From NCBI GenBank assembly GCA_963826785.1, contig CAWGYD010000005.1, positions 32,001 to 96,000 on the forward strand: DNA of 64,000 nt, in the 5' to 3' direction. Within the stretch, counting starts at the first letter, position 1. Each line of letters opens with the position of its first letter. The notes below the pieces were generated by a model. That model saw only the letters and a program-made list of their open reading frames with translations. It was not told where the DNA came from and did not search any database. Position numbers and translations under genes: made by a program. This DNA comes from an uncultured delta proteobacterium. Its GTDB lineage: Bacteria > Desulfobacterota > Desulfobacteria > Desulfobacterales > Desulfosalsimonadaceae. Positions 52,222 through 62,423 of this stretch are shown piece after piece.

Positions 52222-52898
52222 GATCCGGTTTCCTTTCTGCCCGGGCGCCTTTCCGGCGGGGTGTAGGCATCATTTTCAAACGTCAGGCAGCACATCAGGC
52301 GCCCGCAAACCCCTGATATCTTTGTGGGGTTGAGCGAAAGTCCCTGCTTTTTCGCCATTTTGATGGAAACGGGATCAAATTTGGTCATGAACATGCAGCA
52401 GCACAGTTCCCGGCCGCATCTGCCGATCCCGCCGCACATCTTCGCCTGGTTTCGGATGCCGACCTGGCGCATTTCGATTTTGATGCGGAATTCCCGGACC
52501 AGCATCTTGACCAGTTTACGGAAATCCACCCGGCCGTCGGCCGTAAAAAAGAAGGTCATTTTGGTGGCGTCAAAATTGCTTTCGGCGCAGAACAGGTTCA
52601 TCTCCAGTTCCAGTTCTTTAATGCAGGCGTGACAGAAGGCAAACGCCCGGGCTTCGGTCTCCCGGTTCTGTTCAAGCTGCCCCAGGTCCTGCTCCGTGGC
52701 CGGCCGGAATACTTTTTTCAAGGCATGGGACTGCTTTTCAACCTGGGCCGGCTGAGTGGCCACAACGCCGAACCCAAGTCCGTTTTCCGTCTCCACGATC
52801 ACCCGGTCGCCCACATTCAGCACAAAGGCACCGCAGCTGAAATCGTATATCTTGCCCGCTGGTTTGAAACGGACGCCAATGACTTTCTCCATTTCCAT
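52218..52898 (-). CDS. PSP1 / RicT (YaaT) family protein
   Basis: GRVDFR, CGRELCC and ISGVCGRLMCCL; conserved holB-yaaT-metG context. Confidence 0.9.
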   Translation of the reverse strand: MEMEKVIGVRFKPAGKIYDFSCGAFVLNVGDRVIVETENGLGFGVVATQPAQVEKQSHALKKVFRPATEQDLGQLEQNRETEARAFAFCHACIKELELEMNLFCAESNFDATKMTFFFTADGRVDFRKLVKMLVREFRIKIEMRQVGIRNQAKMCGGIGRCGRELCCCMFMTKFDPVSIKMAKKQGLSLNPTKISGVCGRLMCCLTFENDAYTPPERRPGRKETGS

Positions 52899-52963
52899 AT
52901 ATTCAACCTTTAATGGCAAACCTGAGCCATCTTTTTATAATTGCCCGGAAACGATTTCAGGCG

Positions 52964-53995
52964 CTAATTTCTGGCGGCAATCGCCATCACAAGACGATCC
53001 ATGGTCAGCCGCGGATTGGCATTTGCCTGAAGATCCGATTCCGCAATGGATATGGCCTCCAATTTACGGACAACCGCGTCCAAACTGGTTCTGGAAGCTG
53101 CCTGACGCAAAACAACGATTAAATCCCGGTTGATCACCCGATCCGGCGCATCCCCGCAGACGGCGATGTCCCGGAACCAGATTTTCATGACATCCAGTGC
53201 GTTTGTCAATTGGTCCCGGTTTTTGGAAAGGGCTTCTGAAAAGACAAGACCCGGACGGATCCGGCCGGAAGAGAAACAGCGGACGGCCTTAAGAATCTGA
53301 TCGCGCTGGTCAATCCAGTCCGTTTCGATCAGTCTTTTTGCCCGGGCCATGCTTCCCTGTGCCATTGCCGCAATAACCGAGGCATGGGGTGTGGCCAACC
53401 CCTCGTATTTTATCAAATGGTCCTGCAGGCGGTCCCGGGAGATCGGATTGAACCGGATGTGCCGGCACCTGGAAACAATGGTGGGCAGCAGGTTTGAATC
53501 GCTGTCCGCGATCAGCAGAAAGATGGTCCGATCCGGTGGCTCTTCGATGATCTTGAGCAGCGTATTGCCCGCTTCGGCATTCAACGTATGGGCATCCGCG
53601 ATAATCGCCGCACGGATTTGGGCCTCGTTGGGTTTAAGGATGAGTTTTCGGCAGAGGTCCCGCACCGAATCCACTTTGATGGCTGCCCCTGCCGGTTTGA
53701 GGCGATGGATATCCGGATGGCTTCCCCCCAGGATTTTCCGGCAGGACCGGCAGGTACCGCAGGGATAAAAAGCATCGTTTGTCTTTGCCAAAACAACATC
53801 GGTCGTGACCGTCGGATGGCGGACATGCCGATTTTCACAGTTGCAGGTCATGGCCAACATCAGCGCGGCGGCACTTTTTCCCACTCCCGCCGTTCCCGTA
53901 AACAAAAAGGCATGGGGAAGGTTGCCGCTTTCAAGGATGTCCGTCAGCAGACGGACGGGCCTTTCCTGGTCGATCAGTTTGTCTATCCCGGGCAC
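52964..53995 (-). CDS. holB: DNA polymerase III delta' subunit
   Basis: HAFLFTG..GVGK, CGTCRSC, HPD, LLKIIEEPP and LPTIVSRC. Confidence 0.92.
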   Translation of the reverse strand: MPGIDKLIDQERPVRLLTDILESGNLPHAFLFTGTAGVGKSAAALMLAMTCNCENRHVRHPTVTTDVVLAKTNDAFYPCGTCRSCRKILGGSHPDIHRLKPAGAAIKVDSVRDLCRKLILKPNEAQIRAAIIADAHTLNAEAGNTLLKIIEEPPDRTIFLLIADSDSNLLPTIVSRCRHIRFNPISRDRLQDHLIKYEGLATPHASVIAAMAQGSMARAKRLIETDWIDQRDQILKAVRCFSSGRIRPGLVFSEALSKNRDQLTNALDVMKIWFRDIAVCGDAPDRVINRDLIVVLRQAASRTSLDAVVRKLEAISIAESDLQANANPRLTMDRLVMAIAARN

Positions 53996-54011
53996 GCGGT
54001 TATCCGGCCGA

Positions 54012-54287
54012 TTATTTATTGACCCGTTCCCTGAGTTCTTTGCCGCACTTGAAGAAAGGCAGCTTCTTGGGCTGAATCATTACCTTTTCACCGGTCTTGG
54101 GATTACGGCCCACATAGCTTTTGTAATTTTTGACAAAAAAACTGCAAAGGCCGCGGATTTCAATTCGTTCATCTTCGATCAGGGCGTCGGACATGGAATC
54201 GAAAAATATCTGCACCACCTTTGCCGCTTCGGATTTTGAAATGTCCGCTTCCTTTTTAAGAGCTGAAATGAGCTCCAGTTTGTTCAT
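54012..54287 (-). CDS. Integration host factor beta / HU family protein
   Basis: MNKLELI, IEIRGLCSF, GRNPKTGE and FKCGKELRERV; GGAGG RBS before the ATG at 54287. Confidence 0.9.
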   Translation of the reverse strand: MNKLELISALKKEADISKSEAAKVVQIFFDSMSDALIEDERIEIRGLCSFFVKNYKSYVGRNPKTGEKVMIQPKKLPFFKCGKELRERVNK

Positions 54288-54556
54288 ACTGCCTCCTGTT
54301 TTACGTGAATATCCTCGGTGATATGCTGGATAAGCGCACATGTTTCTAAACGGGGGCGCTGCCCCCGGCAACATTTTTAACGGCCGGCAATTTTGCCTTC
54401 TTCCGGTCAGCCATAAATGCCGGTAACATTCGGTATTGCCTATAATTAAATATAAATTTATAGAAAGTCAAGGGGTTATATAAATATTATCATCATGCGG
54501 GGATCGGATTTCAGATAAATGCCAAAAGTTCCGTTGTTTACCAGTGGCCCCACCCG

Positions 54557-56822
54557 TCAGAGGGTGTTTCCGATGCCACCCAACCCGAGCAGATTGACCA
54601 TCAGCCCGAACCGGCGGTCGTCTTCTTTGTCTTCCACAAAGACGTCCACTCCCCAGCATTGTGCGGTATACAGCAGGCCGATCCCTTTTTCAATATCGAT
54701 GCCGTCTTCCAGGTTCCGTTCATATTTCCCGTACAGCCGGATGCGGCGGGTGATCAACTTGCTGAAGTTGAGGTAAATGGACTGACTGACGTCTTTTTCA
54801 TACCGGTGCTCCACCAGGAGGTAATCTCCGGTAAGAAAGGCCATGCGGCCGTAGATATTATGGGTGATCAGGTCCCCCTGATCATGGCTCCACTGCGCAT
54901 CGGCATGAAGGGTTAACAGATGAGCAGGGGTGACGTCAAGCTCGAAATACAGCGGGCGGAAGGGGTCGGTGCCCTCCGGATCATCCGGTTTGAAATCATA
55001 GGGTTGTTCGACCCGAATGCGGCATAACTGGTCATACTGATAAATGGGCGCGCCGCCGATTGCCGGCCGTTCAGGCAACGGCGCCAGCGTTCTGGCGGTA
55101 AAGAGCTGGGTCAGTGAGAAGGTGAGCAGGTTTAGGCTTTCCAGCCGGTCGGTTTCATCAAAAAACGGAAATTCGGATTGATCTGTTTTGGGAACATAGA
55201 AATATGATATTTGTGGAATCAGGGTATGCTTGATTTTATCGATGGACCATCGGTCGACCTCATATATTCCGGCCATTTCCGTGGAGAGGTCCGCCCCCAG
55301 GTCGTAAGTTTCCCGGTGTTGTAAGGCGGCATCATCCATGTCCTGTGAGTCGGTGTCGTCTTGATCCACATACCAGGCGGTTTGGCGGAAACCCGCCGAG
55401 GGTTCGAATGCGACGAATCGTTCTAAAGGACAGGGGAAGATACAGCCGGGGGTAGATATCAGTCCGCTGTCCATCGAGGCCGTCTTTTCGAAAGAAATTC
55501 GTATAGCCCGATTCCAGTTCGTAAAAGACCGGAGACCGGCCGATGGGCTGCTTTAAGGTGGCAAATGAAATCCGCGGCAGGCGCTGGAGCGTATCGTCGG
55601 GCAGGTCCTGAGTCCGATCGATCACGTTGTCATACCAGATCACATCGGCATCGAAGCTGGCCGTGGACCATGTCCGGTTGATGGACGCGCTGTTCTGGCG
55701 GACCGGATCATTTTCATCATCGAGATCCCGGCCGTACTCGGATACAAAATAATCCCGGGTGGCGTTATAACCGGTATATCCGCTGTCGAATTCCCGCAGG
55801 TAATCCTGATCGCTGACGATATCGATGTCCATCTTGAGCTGTGCTTCAAGGGGCAGTTCCTGATTGGCCTTGGCCCTGAACCAGTACCGGTCCGAATTGG
55901 TGCGAAGAACCTTGTCCTGCGGGTACCCCCAGTTATCACTGGCATCACCGATGCCGTCGTCGATTTTCTCGTCATCTAAATAGTCCGCCATCAGGGTGCC
56001 CAATGATCCGGGCGAAAGCGCATAGCGGTATTCGGCGCCGTATTTCAGGCCCCGCGCCTCGAGATAGTGGAGGTAGAAAGTGGCATCGGTGCTGCGGTTG
56101 ATGGCCCAGAAATACGGCTGTATGTATTCGGCGCCATTTCGGTTCGAATATCCCAATTGAGGCGGCAACAGGCCGGACTGCCGCCTCTGCTTGACCGGAA
56201 ACAGAAAATAAGGAACATAGGCGACGGGCAGCTGTTTGGCCCATAGGGTGGCATGTTTCAGGGTGCCGTAGGACTCCAGGGTGACATCGAGGTCCCTGCC
56301 GGTGATTTCCCAGGCCGGGTGATCCCCATCGCAGGTGGTCAGGCTTCCCCGATCGATGGTGTAGCTTTGTTTTCCGGTTTTGCGGATCTCGTTTCCACGG
56401 ATATAGAAATGTTTGCTTTCCACAAAAATGGTGCCATCATAGATCACGCCGGTGGCGGTATCCAGGTTGATTTCGACCCGGTCGCCAGTGAGAAAATCTT
56501 TGCCCACACTCAGCCGGACATTTTTTTCCGCTACGGCTTCCATCGTGTCCCGGTTGAATCGGACCACATCGGCGGCAAGGGTTTTATCGCTTTGGGTGAT
56601 AATCACGTTGCCGGTAGCGGTGAATATGTTCGTATCCTGGTCATAGGCGACCCGGTCTGCCGTCAGCCGCCAGGGCATGCCTGCCGTCGAAGGGGCGGGA
56701 GGGGCGGTATCGGTCGGGGTGGATGCCGGGCATGATCCCGGCTGAACCAGAAAGATCAGCAATGCGGCAATAAAAAAGATGCACCGGGGTAAACAATATA
56801 TTGGGAGATGCCTCAGATGCAT
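54557..56822 (-). CDS. lptD: LPS-assembly protein LptD, frameshifted near 55424
   Basis: OstA-like N-terminus (LTADRV..ATGNV), TTCD..PAW, RQSGLL, PYFWAI and barrel C-terminus YTAQCWG. Confidence 0.85.
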
Positions 56823-57011
56823 TCGATTTTGATCCGTCCTCTGGGGATTGCCTGAAACAGAGCGCCCGCCGCTTCCGGCGGGCTGCGGGAAGAGATGCCC
56901 TGTTTTCCCGGTTTGGGGAAGAATACCTTGATGAACCCATAAATTTCCAGTATAAAATCGTCCAACACCCAAAAAGTCAAACGAAAATCGTCCTTCAAGG
57001 GGAAGGCAGAA

Positions 57012-57968
57012 GTGAAAAAGACATTTATTGAACTGATCAAGCCGGGCGATGCGGTGGACGATCTTTTCGTTTTGTCAGAAAAGGTAATGTCGCGCAAAAA
57101 GGATGGCGGCAGCTTCATCAGCATCATGCTCACGGACAGGACCGGAAAGCTCAAGGGCGTTATCTGGGATGATGTGGATCAGTTCAGCACAAGTCCGGTC
57201 TGTGGCGATTTCGTTCACGTCCGGGGAAGCGTTTCAGAATACCGGGGGGTGCCCCAGCTGGTGATCAAGTCCATGATCGTCCACCCTTCCGATGCAGTGC
57301 AGCTCGCGGATTTTCTTCCGGCCACCCGGAGAAACGTGGATGCCATGATGGGGCGCCTGCTGAAACTCACCGACAGCATCCAGACACCGGAGATCAAATC
57401 GCTGCTGTATGAATTCTGGGGGGATGAAGCCTTTCTCGTCAGGTTCAAATCCGCTCCGGCCGCCAAAAGGATGCATCACGCATACCTGGGCGGTTTGCTG
57501 GAGCACACCCTTTCCCTGGCCATTCTATCCGACCGGGTGGCGGACCACTACACCGGGATCGACCGGGACCTGCTGATGGCCGGCGCCATGCTGCACGACA
57601 TCGGCAAAATCGAAGAGTTCAAGTACGATGTACGCATCGATTACTCAGATGCCGGCCGGTTGATCAGCCATATTGTGATCGGAGTGGGCATGGTCGAAAA
57701 AAAAATATCGGCTATGGACAATTTCCCCGAAAAGCTCGCGCTTTTGTTGAAACACATGGTCGTCAGCCATCATGGACAAAAGGAACTCGGATCGCCGGAG
57801 ACGCCAAAGACCCTTGAAGCGGTTTTGCTGAATTACCTGGATGAAATCGATTCCAAGATCAACGGCATCCGTGAATTTATGGAATCCCAGGACGCAAACG
57901 AAGACTGGACAAGCTATCACCGGCCCCTGGAGCGGTTTTTCTACAAGGGGGGATTGAAAAGTGAATGA
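57012..57968 (+). CDS. OB-fold + HD 3'-5' exoribonuclease (YhaM-like)
   Basis: LTDRTG, PAAKRMHHAYLGGLLEH, LHDIGK, SHHG and YLDEID. Confidence 0.88.
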   Translation: MKKTFIELIKPGDAVDDLFVLSEKVMSRKKDGGSFISIMLTDRTGKLKGVIWDDVDQFSTSPVCGDFVHVRGSVSEYRGVPQLVIKSMIVHPSDAVQLADFLPATRRNVDAMMGRLLKLTDSIQTPEIKSLLYEFWGDEAFLVRFKSAPAAKRMHHAYLGGLLEHTLSLAILSDRVADHYTGIDRDLLMAGAMLHDIGKIEEFKYDVRIDYSDAGRLISHIVIGVGMVEKKISAMDNFPEKLALLLKHMVVSHHGQKELGSPETPKTLEAVLLNYLDEIDSKINGIREFMESQDANEDWTSYHRPLERFFYKGGLKSE

Positions 57969-57996
57969 TGTCCCTTTAATGGATTTGTGATGATTC

Positions 57997-58641
57997 ATGT
58001 TTATCTCATTTGAAGGGGGAGAAGGCTCCGGGAAAACCACCCAGATCCGTGCGGTCGCCGACCGGCTGGCCGAATCGGGGCATGATTGCGTGGTGACCAA
58101 GGAACCGGGGGGGACCGTCATCGGTGAAAAAATACGGGCCATCCTTTTGAGTCCCGGAACCGGTGCGCTCGATCCCGTGACCGAACTTTTGCTGTATGCC
58201 GCGGACCGGAATCAGCACGTCCGGGAAATGATCCAGCCAATGCTCGCGGCGGGAAAGATCGTCCTGTGCGACCGCTTTCTCGATTCCACCCGCGTTTACC
58301 AGGGATTTGCCCGGGGCCTTGACAAAAAGCTCATTGACCGTTTAAACGATCTGGTCCTGGGCCTGTTGCGGCCGGATCTCACCTTTTTGCTCGATATTAA
58401 ACCCGAGGAAGGGCTCAAACGGGTCTGGCGCCAGGTGGAAAGCGGGGGGCGCCCGGTGGATGAGACCCGGTTTGAAAATGAGCGGCTCTTGTTTCACCAA
58501 AAGGTTAGAAACGGATACCTGGAACTGTCTTTTCAGGAACCGGACCGTTTCGTGGTCATCGATGCCGCCGGCAGTCCCGACCAGGTCTTCAATGCGATCT
58601 GGGAAAAGATCGCCTCCTTTTTAACCGATTCGAGCGCGTGA
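57997..58641 (+). CDS. tmk: Thymidylate kinase
   Basis: FISFEGGEGSGKTT, EPGGT, LCDRF.DS..YQG and PDLT. Confidence 0.95.
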   Translation: MFISFEGGEGSGKTTQIRAVADRLAESGHDCVVTKEPGGTVIGEKIRAILLSPGTGALDPVTELLLYAADRNQHVREMIQPMLAAGKIVLCDRFLDSTRVYQGFARGLDKKLIDRLNDLVLGLLRPDLTFLLDIKPEEGLKRVWRQVESGGRPVDETRFENERLLFHQKVRNGYLELSFQEPDRFVVIDAAGSPDQVFNAIWEKIASFLTDSSA

Positions 58642-58702
58642 TTGTGCACGCGCATCAGCGCAATACCCGCGGCATTTATCGCCGTGTCCAAGGATAATTT
58701 CG

Positions 58703-60967
58703 ATGGCAGACTCAATCCTCGATACCATCGGCAATACGCCCATGGTGGAAATCCGGCGGCTGAACCCCAATCCGGATGTGAAAATACTGGCAAAGCTGGA
58801 GTATTTCAATCCCGGCGGGTCTATCAAGGACCGGCCGGCCCTGTATATGATCGAAGATGGCGAAAGATCCGGCCGGCTCACGAAAGACAAGATCGTCATC
58901 GAGGCCACCAGCGGCAATACCGGCATCGGCCTGGCACTGATCTGTTCCGTGAAAGGGTACCGGCTCCTGTTGGCCATGTCCGAGGCGGCCAGCATCGAGC
59001 GGCGCAAGATCCTCATCGCCCGGGGCGCCGAAATTCTGCTCACCCCCGGCCATCTGGGAACCGACGGGGCCATCGAGGAAGTCTATCGTCTGGTCCGTGA
59101 AAATCCGGACACCTATTTCATGTCGGACCAGTACAACAACCCGGCCAACTGGAAAGCGCATTACCACGGCACCGCCGGGGAAATCATCGCCCAGACCGGC
59201 GGAAAGGTGGATGCGATTGTCGCCACCATGGGAACCACCGGCACAGTGATGGGCCTGGCCAAGCGCTTTTCGGAATATGACCCTAAAGTGAAAATCATCG
59301 GGGTAGAGCCCTACCTGGGCCATAAGCTCCAGGGCCTGAAAAATCTCAAGGAAGCCTATTGCCCTGAGATATTTCAAAAAAATCTGCTAAGTGCCAAGGT
59401 CAATATCGATGATGAAGAGGCCTTTGAGATGACCCGGCGCCTTGGGCGGGAGGAGGGGCTTTTCGTCGGCATGAGCAGCGGTGCGGCCATGGTGATTGCC
59501 GCGCAGGAGGCCCGGAACATGACCTCGGGAACCATCGTGGTGATCTTCCCGGACAACGGGGAGAGGTATTTGAGCACCCCGCTGTTTTCGGTGAAAAAGA
59601 AGGTCGACATCCGGCTGTTTAACTCCATGAGCCGCAAAAAAGAGCCACTTGAGCCGATCCAGCCGGGGCGGGTCTCCATTTATTCCTGCGGCCCCACCGC
59701 GGATTCCCGGATGCACCTGGGCGAGTGCCGGCGCTTTGTGTTTTCGGATCTGCTGTCCCGGTACCTGGGCTACCGCGGGTATGCCGTCAACCACATCATG
59801 AACATCACCGATTACGACGACAAAACCATCCTCGGATCCGAGCGGGCCGGTAAGGCACTGGCAGAATTTACCCAGGAGTACATCGATCTTTTCAAGGCCG
59901 ACCTCGAAGCACTCCGGATCAAGCCTGCGGACCAGTATCCCCGGGCCAGCGAACACATCAATGACATGGTCGACCTGGCCAAGCAGCTGACGGCCAGAGG
60001 ATCGGCATACGAGAAGCTGCGCTCCCTCTATTTTTCCATTGCGTCATTTCCGGAATACGGCAGGCTTTCAGGGATCGACCTGGAGAAAATCAAGCTGGGG
60101 GCCACCGTGGATCTGGACGAATACGAAAAAAACAACCCCCGGGATTTCACCCTGTTCAAGCGGGCCAAGCTGTCGGAGCTGAAAAGGGGCATCTACGTCA
60201 AGACCGAATGGGGAAATGTCCGCCCCTCGTGGCATATCCAGTGTGCCGCCATGGCCATGAAATATCTCGGCGAGCGCTACGATATTCATACCAGCAGCCG
60301 TGATCTGATTTTTCCGCACCATGAAAACGAACTGGCCATTGCAAAGGCGGTCTCGGGAAAATCCATGGTGAAATACTGGATCCATTGCGAACAGGTCCAG
60401 GTGGAAAACAGCAACGGGCTGCCGGAGATCGGAGAGGTGTTCGGTGACGGTATCACGCCAAGAGAAATCCGCTTCTGGATGATTTCAGGGCATTACCGTA
60501 AGCCGATCACGTTTTCCAAGCAGCGGCTGGTGCAGGCCCGCAGTGCACTGAAGCGCCTGGACACCTGTATTCAAGCATTGATGAAGGTGAAGGGCGGCAA
60601 AGGCTGCCCGGAATCTGATCAGCTGGCCTACGACATCAAGCAGGGGTTCATCAACGCCATGGATGACGACCTGAATCTTCCCCAGGCCATGGCCGTCATC
60701 TATAAAAAGATCAAGGAGATCAATACGCTGGTCAGCGAGGGCCAATTCAGCGAAGATGACGCCCGGAAGGTAATCGCCGCATTTGAAAATATCGACCAGG
60801 TACTTAACATATTTGATTTTGAGCCCGGCGAAGCCGACCCTCGGGCCCGGTCCCTGCGTGAAGAAAGGCAGGCGGCCCGTAAAGCGAAGGATTTTGACCG
60901 GGCCGATGCCATACGGGCGGAACTCGAGGCCCTTGGGATCGAGGTCCATGACGATAAATTGCCTTAA
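58703..60967 (+). CDS. Cysteine synthase (CysK/CysM) fused to a divergent cysteinyl-tRNA synthetase-like domain
   Basis: NPGGSIKDR, EATSGNTG, MGTTGT and DNGERYLST, then YSCGPT, NITD.DDK, RPSWHIQC, FPHHENE, HYR, MDDDLN and ADAIR. Confidence 0.9.
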   Translation: MADSILDTIGNTPMVEIRRLNPNPDVKILAKLEYFNPGGSIKDRPALYMIEDGERSGRLTKDKIVIEATSGNTGIGLALICSVKGYRLLLAMSEAASIERRKILIARGAEILLTPGHLGTDGAIEEVYRLVRENPDTYFMSDQYNNPANWKAHYHGTAGEIIAQTGGKVDAIVATMGTTGTVMGLAKRFSEYDPKVKIIGVEPYLGHKLQGLKNLKEAYCPEIFQKNLLSAKVNIDDEEAFEMTRRLGREEGLFVGMSSGAAMVIAAQEARNMTSGTIVVIFPDNGERYLSTPLFSVKKKVDIRLFNSMSRKKEPLEPIQPGRVSIYSCGPTADSRMHLGECRRFVFSDLLSRYLGYRGYAVNHIMNITDYDDKTILGSERAGKALAEFTQEYIDLFKADLEALRIKPADQYPRASEHINDMVDLAKQLTARGSAYEKLRSLYFSIASFPEYGRLSGIDLEKIKLGATVDLDEYEKNNPRDFTLFKRAKLSELKRGIYVKTEWGNVRPSWHIQCAAMAMKYLGERYDIHTSSRDLIFPHHENELAIAKAVSGKSMVKYWIHCEQVQVENSNGLPEIGEVFGDGITPREIRFWMISGHYRKPITFSKQRLVQARSALKRLDTCIQALMKVKGGKGCPESDQLAYDIKQGFINAMDDDLNLPQAMAVIYKKIKEINTLVSEGQFSEDDARKVIAAFENIDQVLNIFDFEPGEADPRARSLREERQAARKAKDFDRADAIRAELEALGIEVHDDKLP

Positions 60968-61012
60968 ACGTCAACAATACCGATGAAACTGCAGAGAACA
61001 GGCATAATTTAA

Positions 61013-61948
61013 ATGAAACCCGCATACTTCCCATTTTCGTATATTCCGGAACCGGTTGCCGCCGCCATCCATGAATTTTTCGGCGGCGTGGTGGTATACC
61101 AGCCCAATGACCGATGCATTCCCGCATTGGCACGGCAGTTGGCCGATGCCGGCAAAGTAGAAATCCGGGTTCCGGTCACGGGTGACGAGGATCGATTATC
61201 CGCAAAGTTGGCCGAATACCATCAGTGGAGCAACATCCATGGAAAGAGTGCCGCCATGCTGGCCGCCCGGCCCGGAAAAGGGACCTATCCATCCGATTTT
61301 TCATCAAACATCAGTTCCGAGATTCTGGGTGAATCCGCTCAGGCGGATGAAAAAGCCGATCCCCTTTTTTCCGCGCGGTTGTTTTTGCAGACGGCCCAGC
61401 AGTTCGATCAGGATCAGGACGATATCGATCGGAAACTGGCCCATGCCGAGCGGTCCCGGAAAAATCTGCTGTCCGGTCTCGACGGACGGCCCGCCGACGC
61501 ATCCCTGGACCTGCCGTTTCCCGAGGAGGATGCCGGGGCGCTGATGACGCTCTCCCGGCTTTCCGCGTGGTGCCGGCTGGCAAATGAAGATGCCGCCATG
61601 CCGTTGGTTCTGGTCACCTCCAGCCGGGAGGTGGTGCGCCACATACAGGAAAAGTTTTCCGAAAAGCTCCGCACCATCGATGTTTTGTCATCGGGCGCAG
61701 GGGGAAATCTTGCCGAGGCAGTGAATAAAGCGCTTTTGGACCTGACGCAAATTCCGCGGGACGCCAAAACCCTTGAATTCCCCGCTTTTTCGGCAAACGT
61801 GAATGAAAACATTCAAATTCAGATGCTTATCATAGAGGACACATCCCCGGACCGATTCTGCCGCCTGTTCATCGATCCGGCGCAGCATCTTCCCGCACCC
61901 AAGGGGCCCAGTGCCCATATGGTGGTCTTCCTATTTTCGATAAAATGA
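61013..61948 (+). CDS. Hypothetical protein
   Basis: 311-aa ORF filling the gap on the same strand; no family recognised. Confidence 0.6.
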   Translation: MKPAYFPFSYIPEPVAAAIHEFFGGVVVYQPNDRCIPALARQLADAGKVEIRVPVTGDEDRLSAKLAEYHQWSNIHGKSAAMLAARPGKGTYPSDFSSNISSEILGESAQADEKADPLFSARLFLQTAQQFDQDQDDIDRKLAHAERSRKNLLSGLDGRPADASLDLPFPEEDAGALMTLSRLSAWCRLANEDAAMPLVLVTSSREVVRHIQEKFSEKLRTIDVLSSGAGGNLAEAVNKALLDLTQIPRDAKTLEFPAFSANVNENIQIQMLIIEDTSPDRFCRLFIDPAQHLPAPKGPSAHMVVFLFSIK

Positions 61949-62101
61949 TTAAAATGAATAAGAATTCTTGACTCCGGATTCCATTTGGGTTAAGGAAAAT
62001 TTCTTCGTATACCATGCCGGAGTGACATCCTGTCATTCGGGTTGAAATTCAACATATCATTGAATTCAGGGTAATTTATCAACAGGAAAGGAGAATGAGA
62101 G

Positions 62102-62290
62102 ATGGCTTTTAATCCGACCGTCGATTCGGACAAGTGTGAAGGTTGTGAAGAATGTGTAGACGTTTGCCCCGTGGAAGTATTTGAGATCCAGGACGGCAAA
62201 TCCGTACCGGTCAATGCCGAAGAATGCCTCGGCTGCGAAAGCTGCGTCGAAGTATGCGAGCCCGGCGCCATTACCGTTGAAGAAAGCTGA
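62102..62290 (+). CDS. 2x[4Fe-4S] ferredoxin
   Basis: CEGCEECVDVCP and CLGCESCVEVC; acidic; AAGGAG RBS. Confidence 0.92.
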   Translation: MAFNPTVDSDKCEGCEECVDVCPVEVFEIQDGKSVPVNAEECLGCESCVEVCEPGAITVEES

Positions 62291-62303
62291 TTTTTGCGAT
62301 TGC

Positions 62304-62345
62304 GCTTCCCCGGTTGGATTCAATTTCCGTCCAAACCGGGGAAGC
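62304..62345 (+). terminator. Hairpin after the ferredoxin gene (terminator or mRNA stabiliser)
   Basis: GCTTCCCCGGTTGGA ... TCCAAACCGGGGAAGC; no immediate T-run. Confidence 0.5.
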
Positions 62346-62423
62346 CGATTGCCGTTTGCCCCCCTGTTTTTCTGATTTCACCCCGTCTTTCACCATTTCC
62401 TCAATCCACCATGCAAGACGCTC

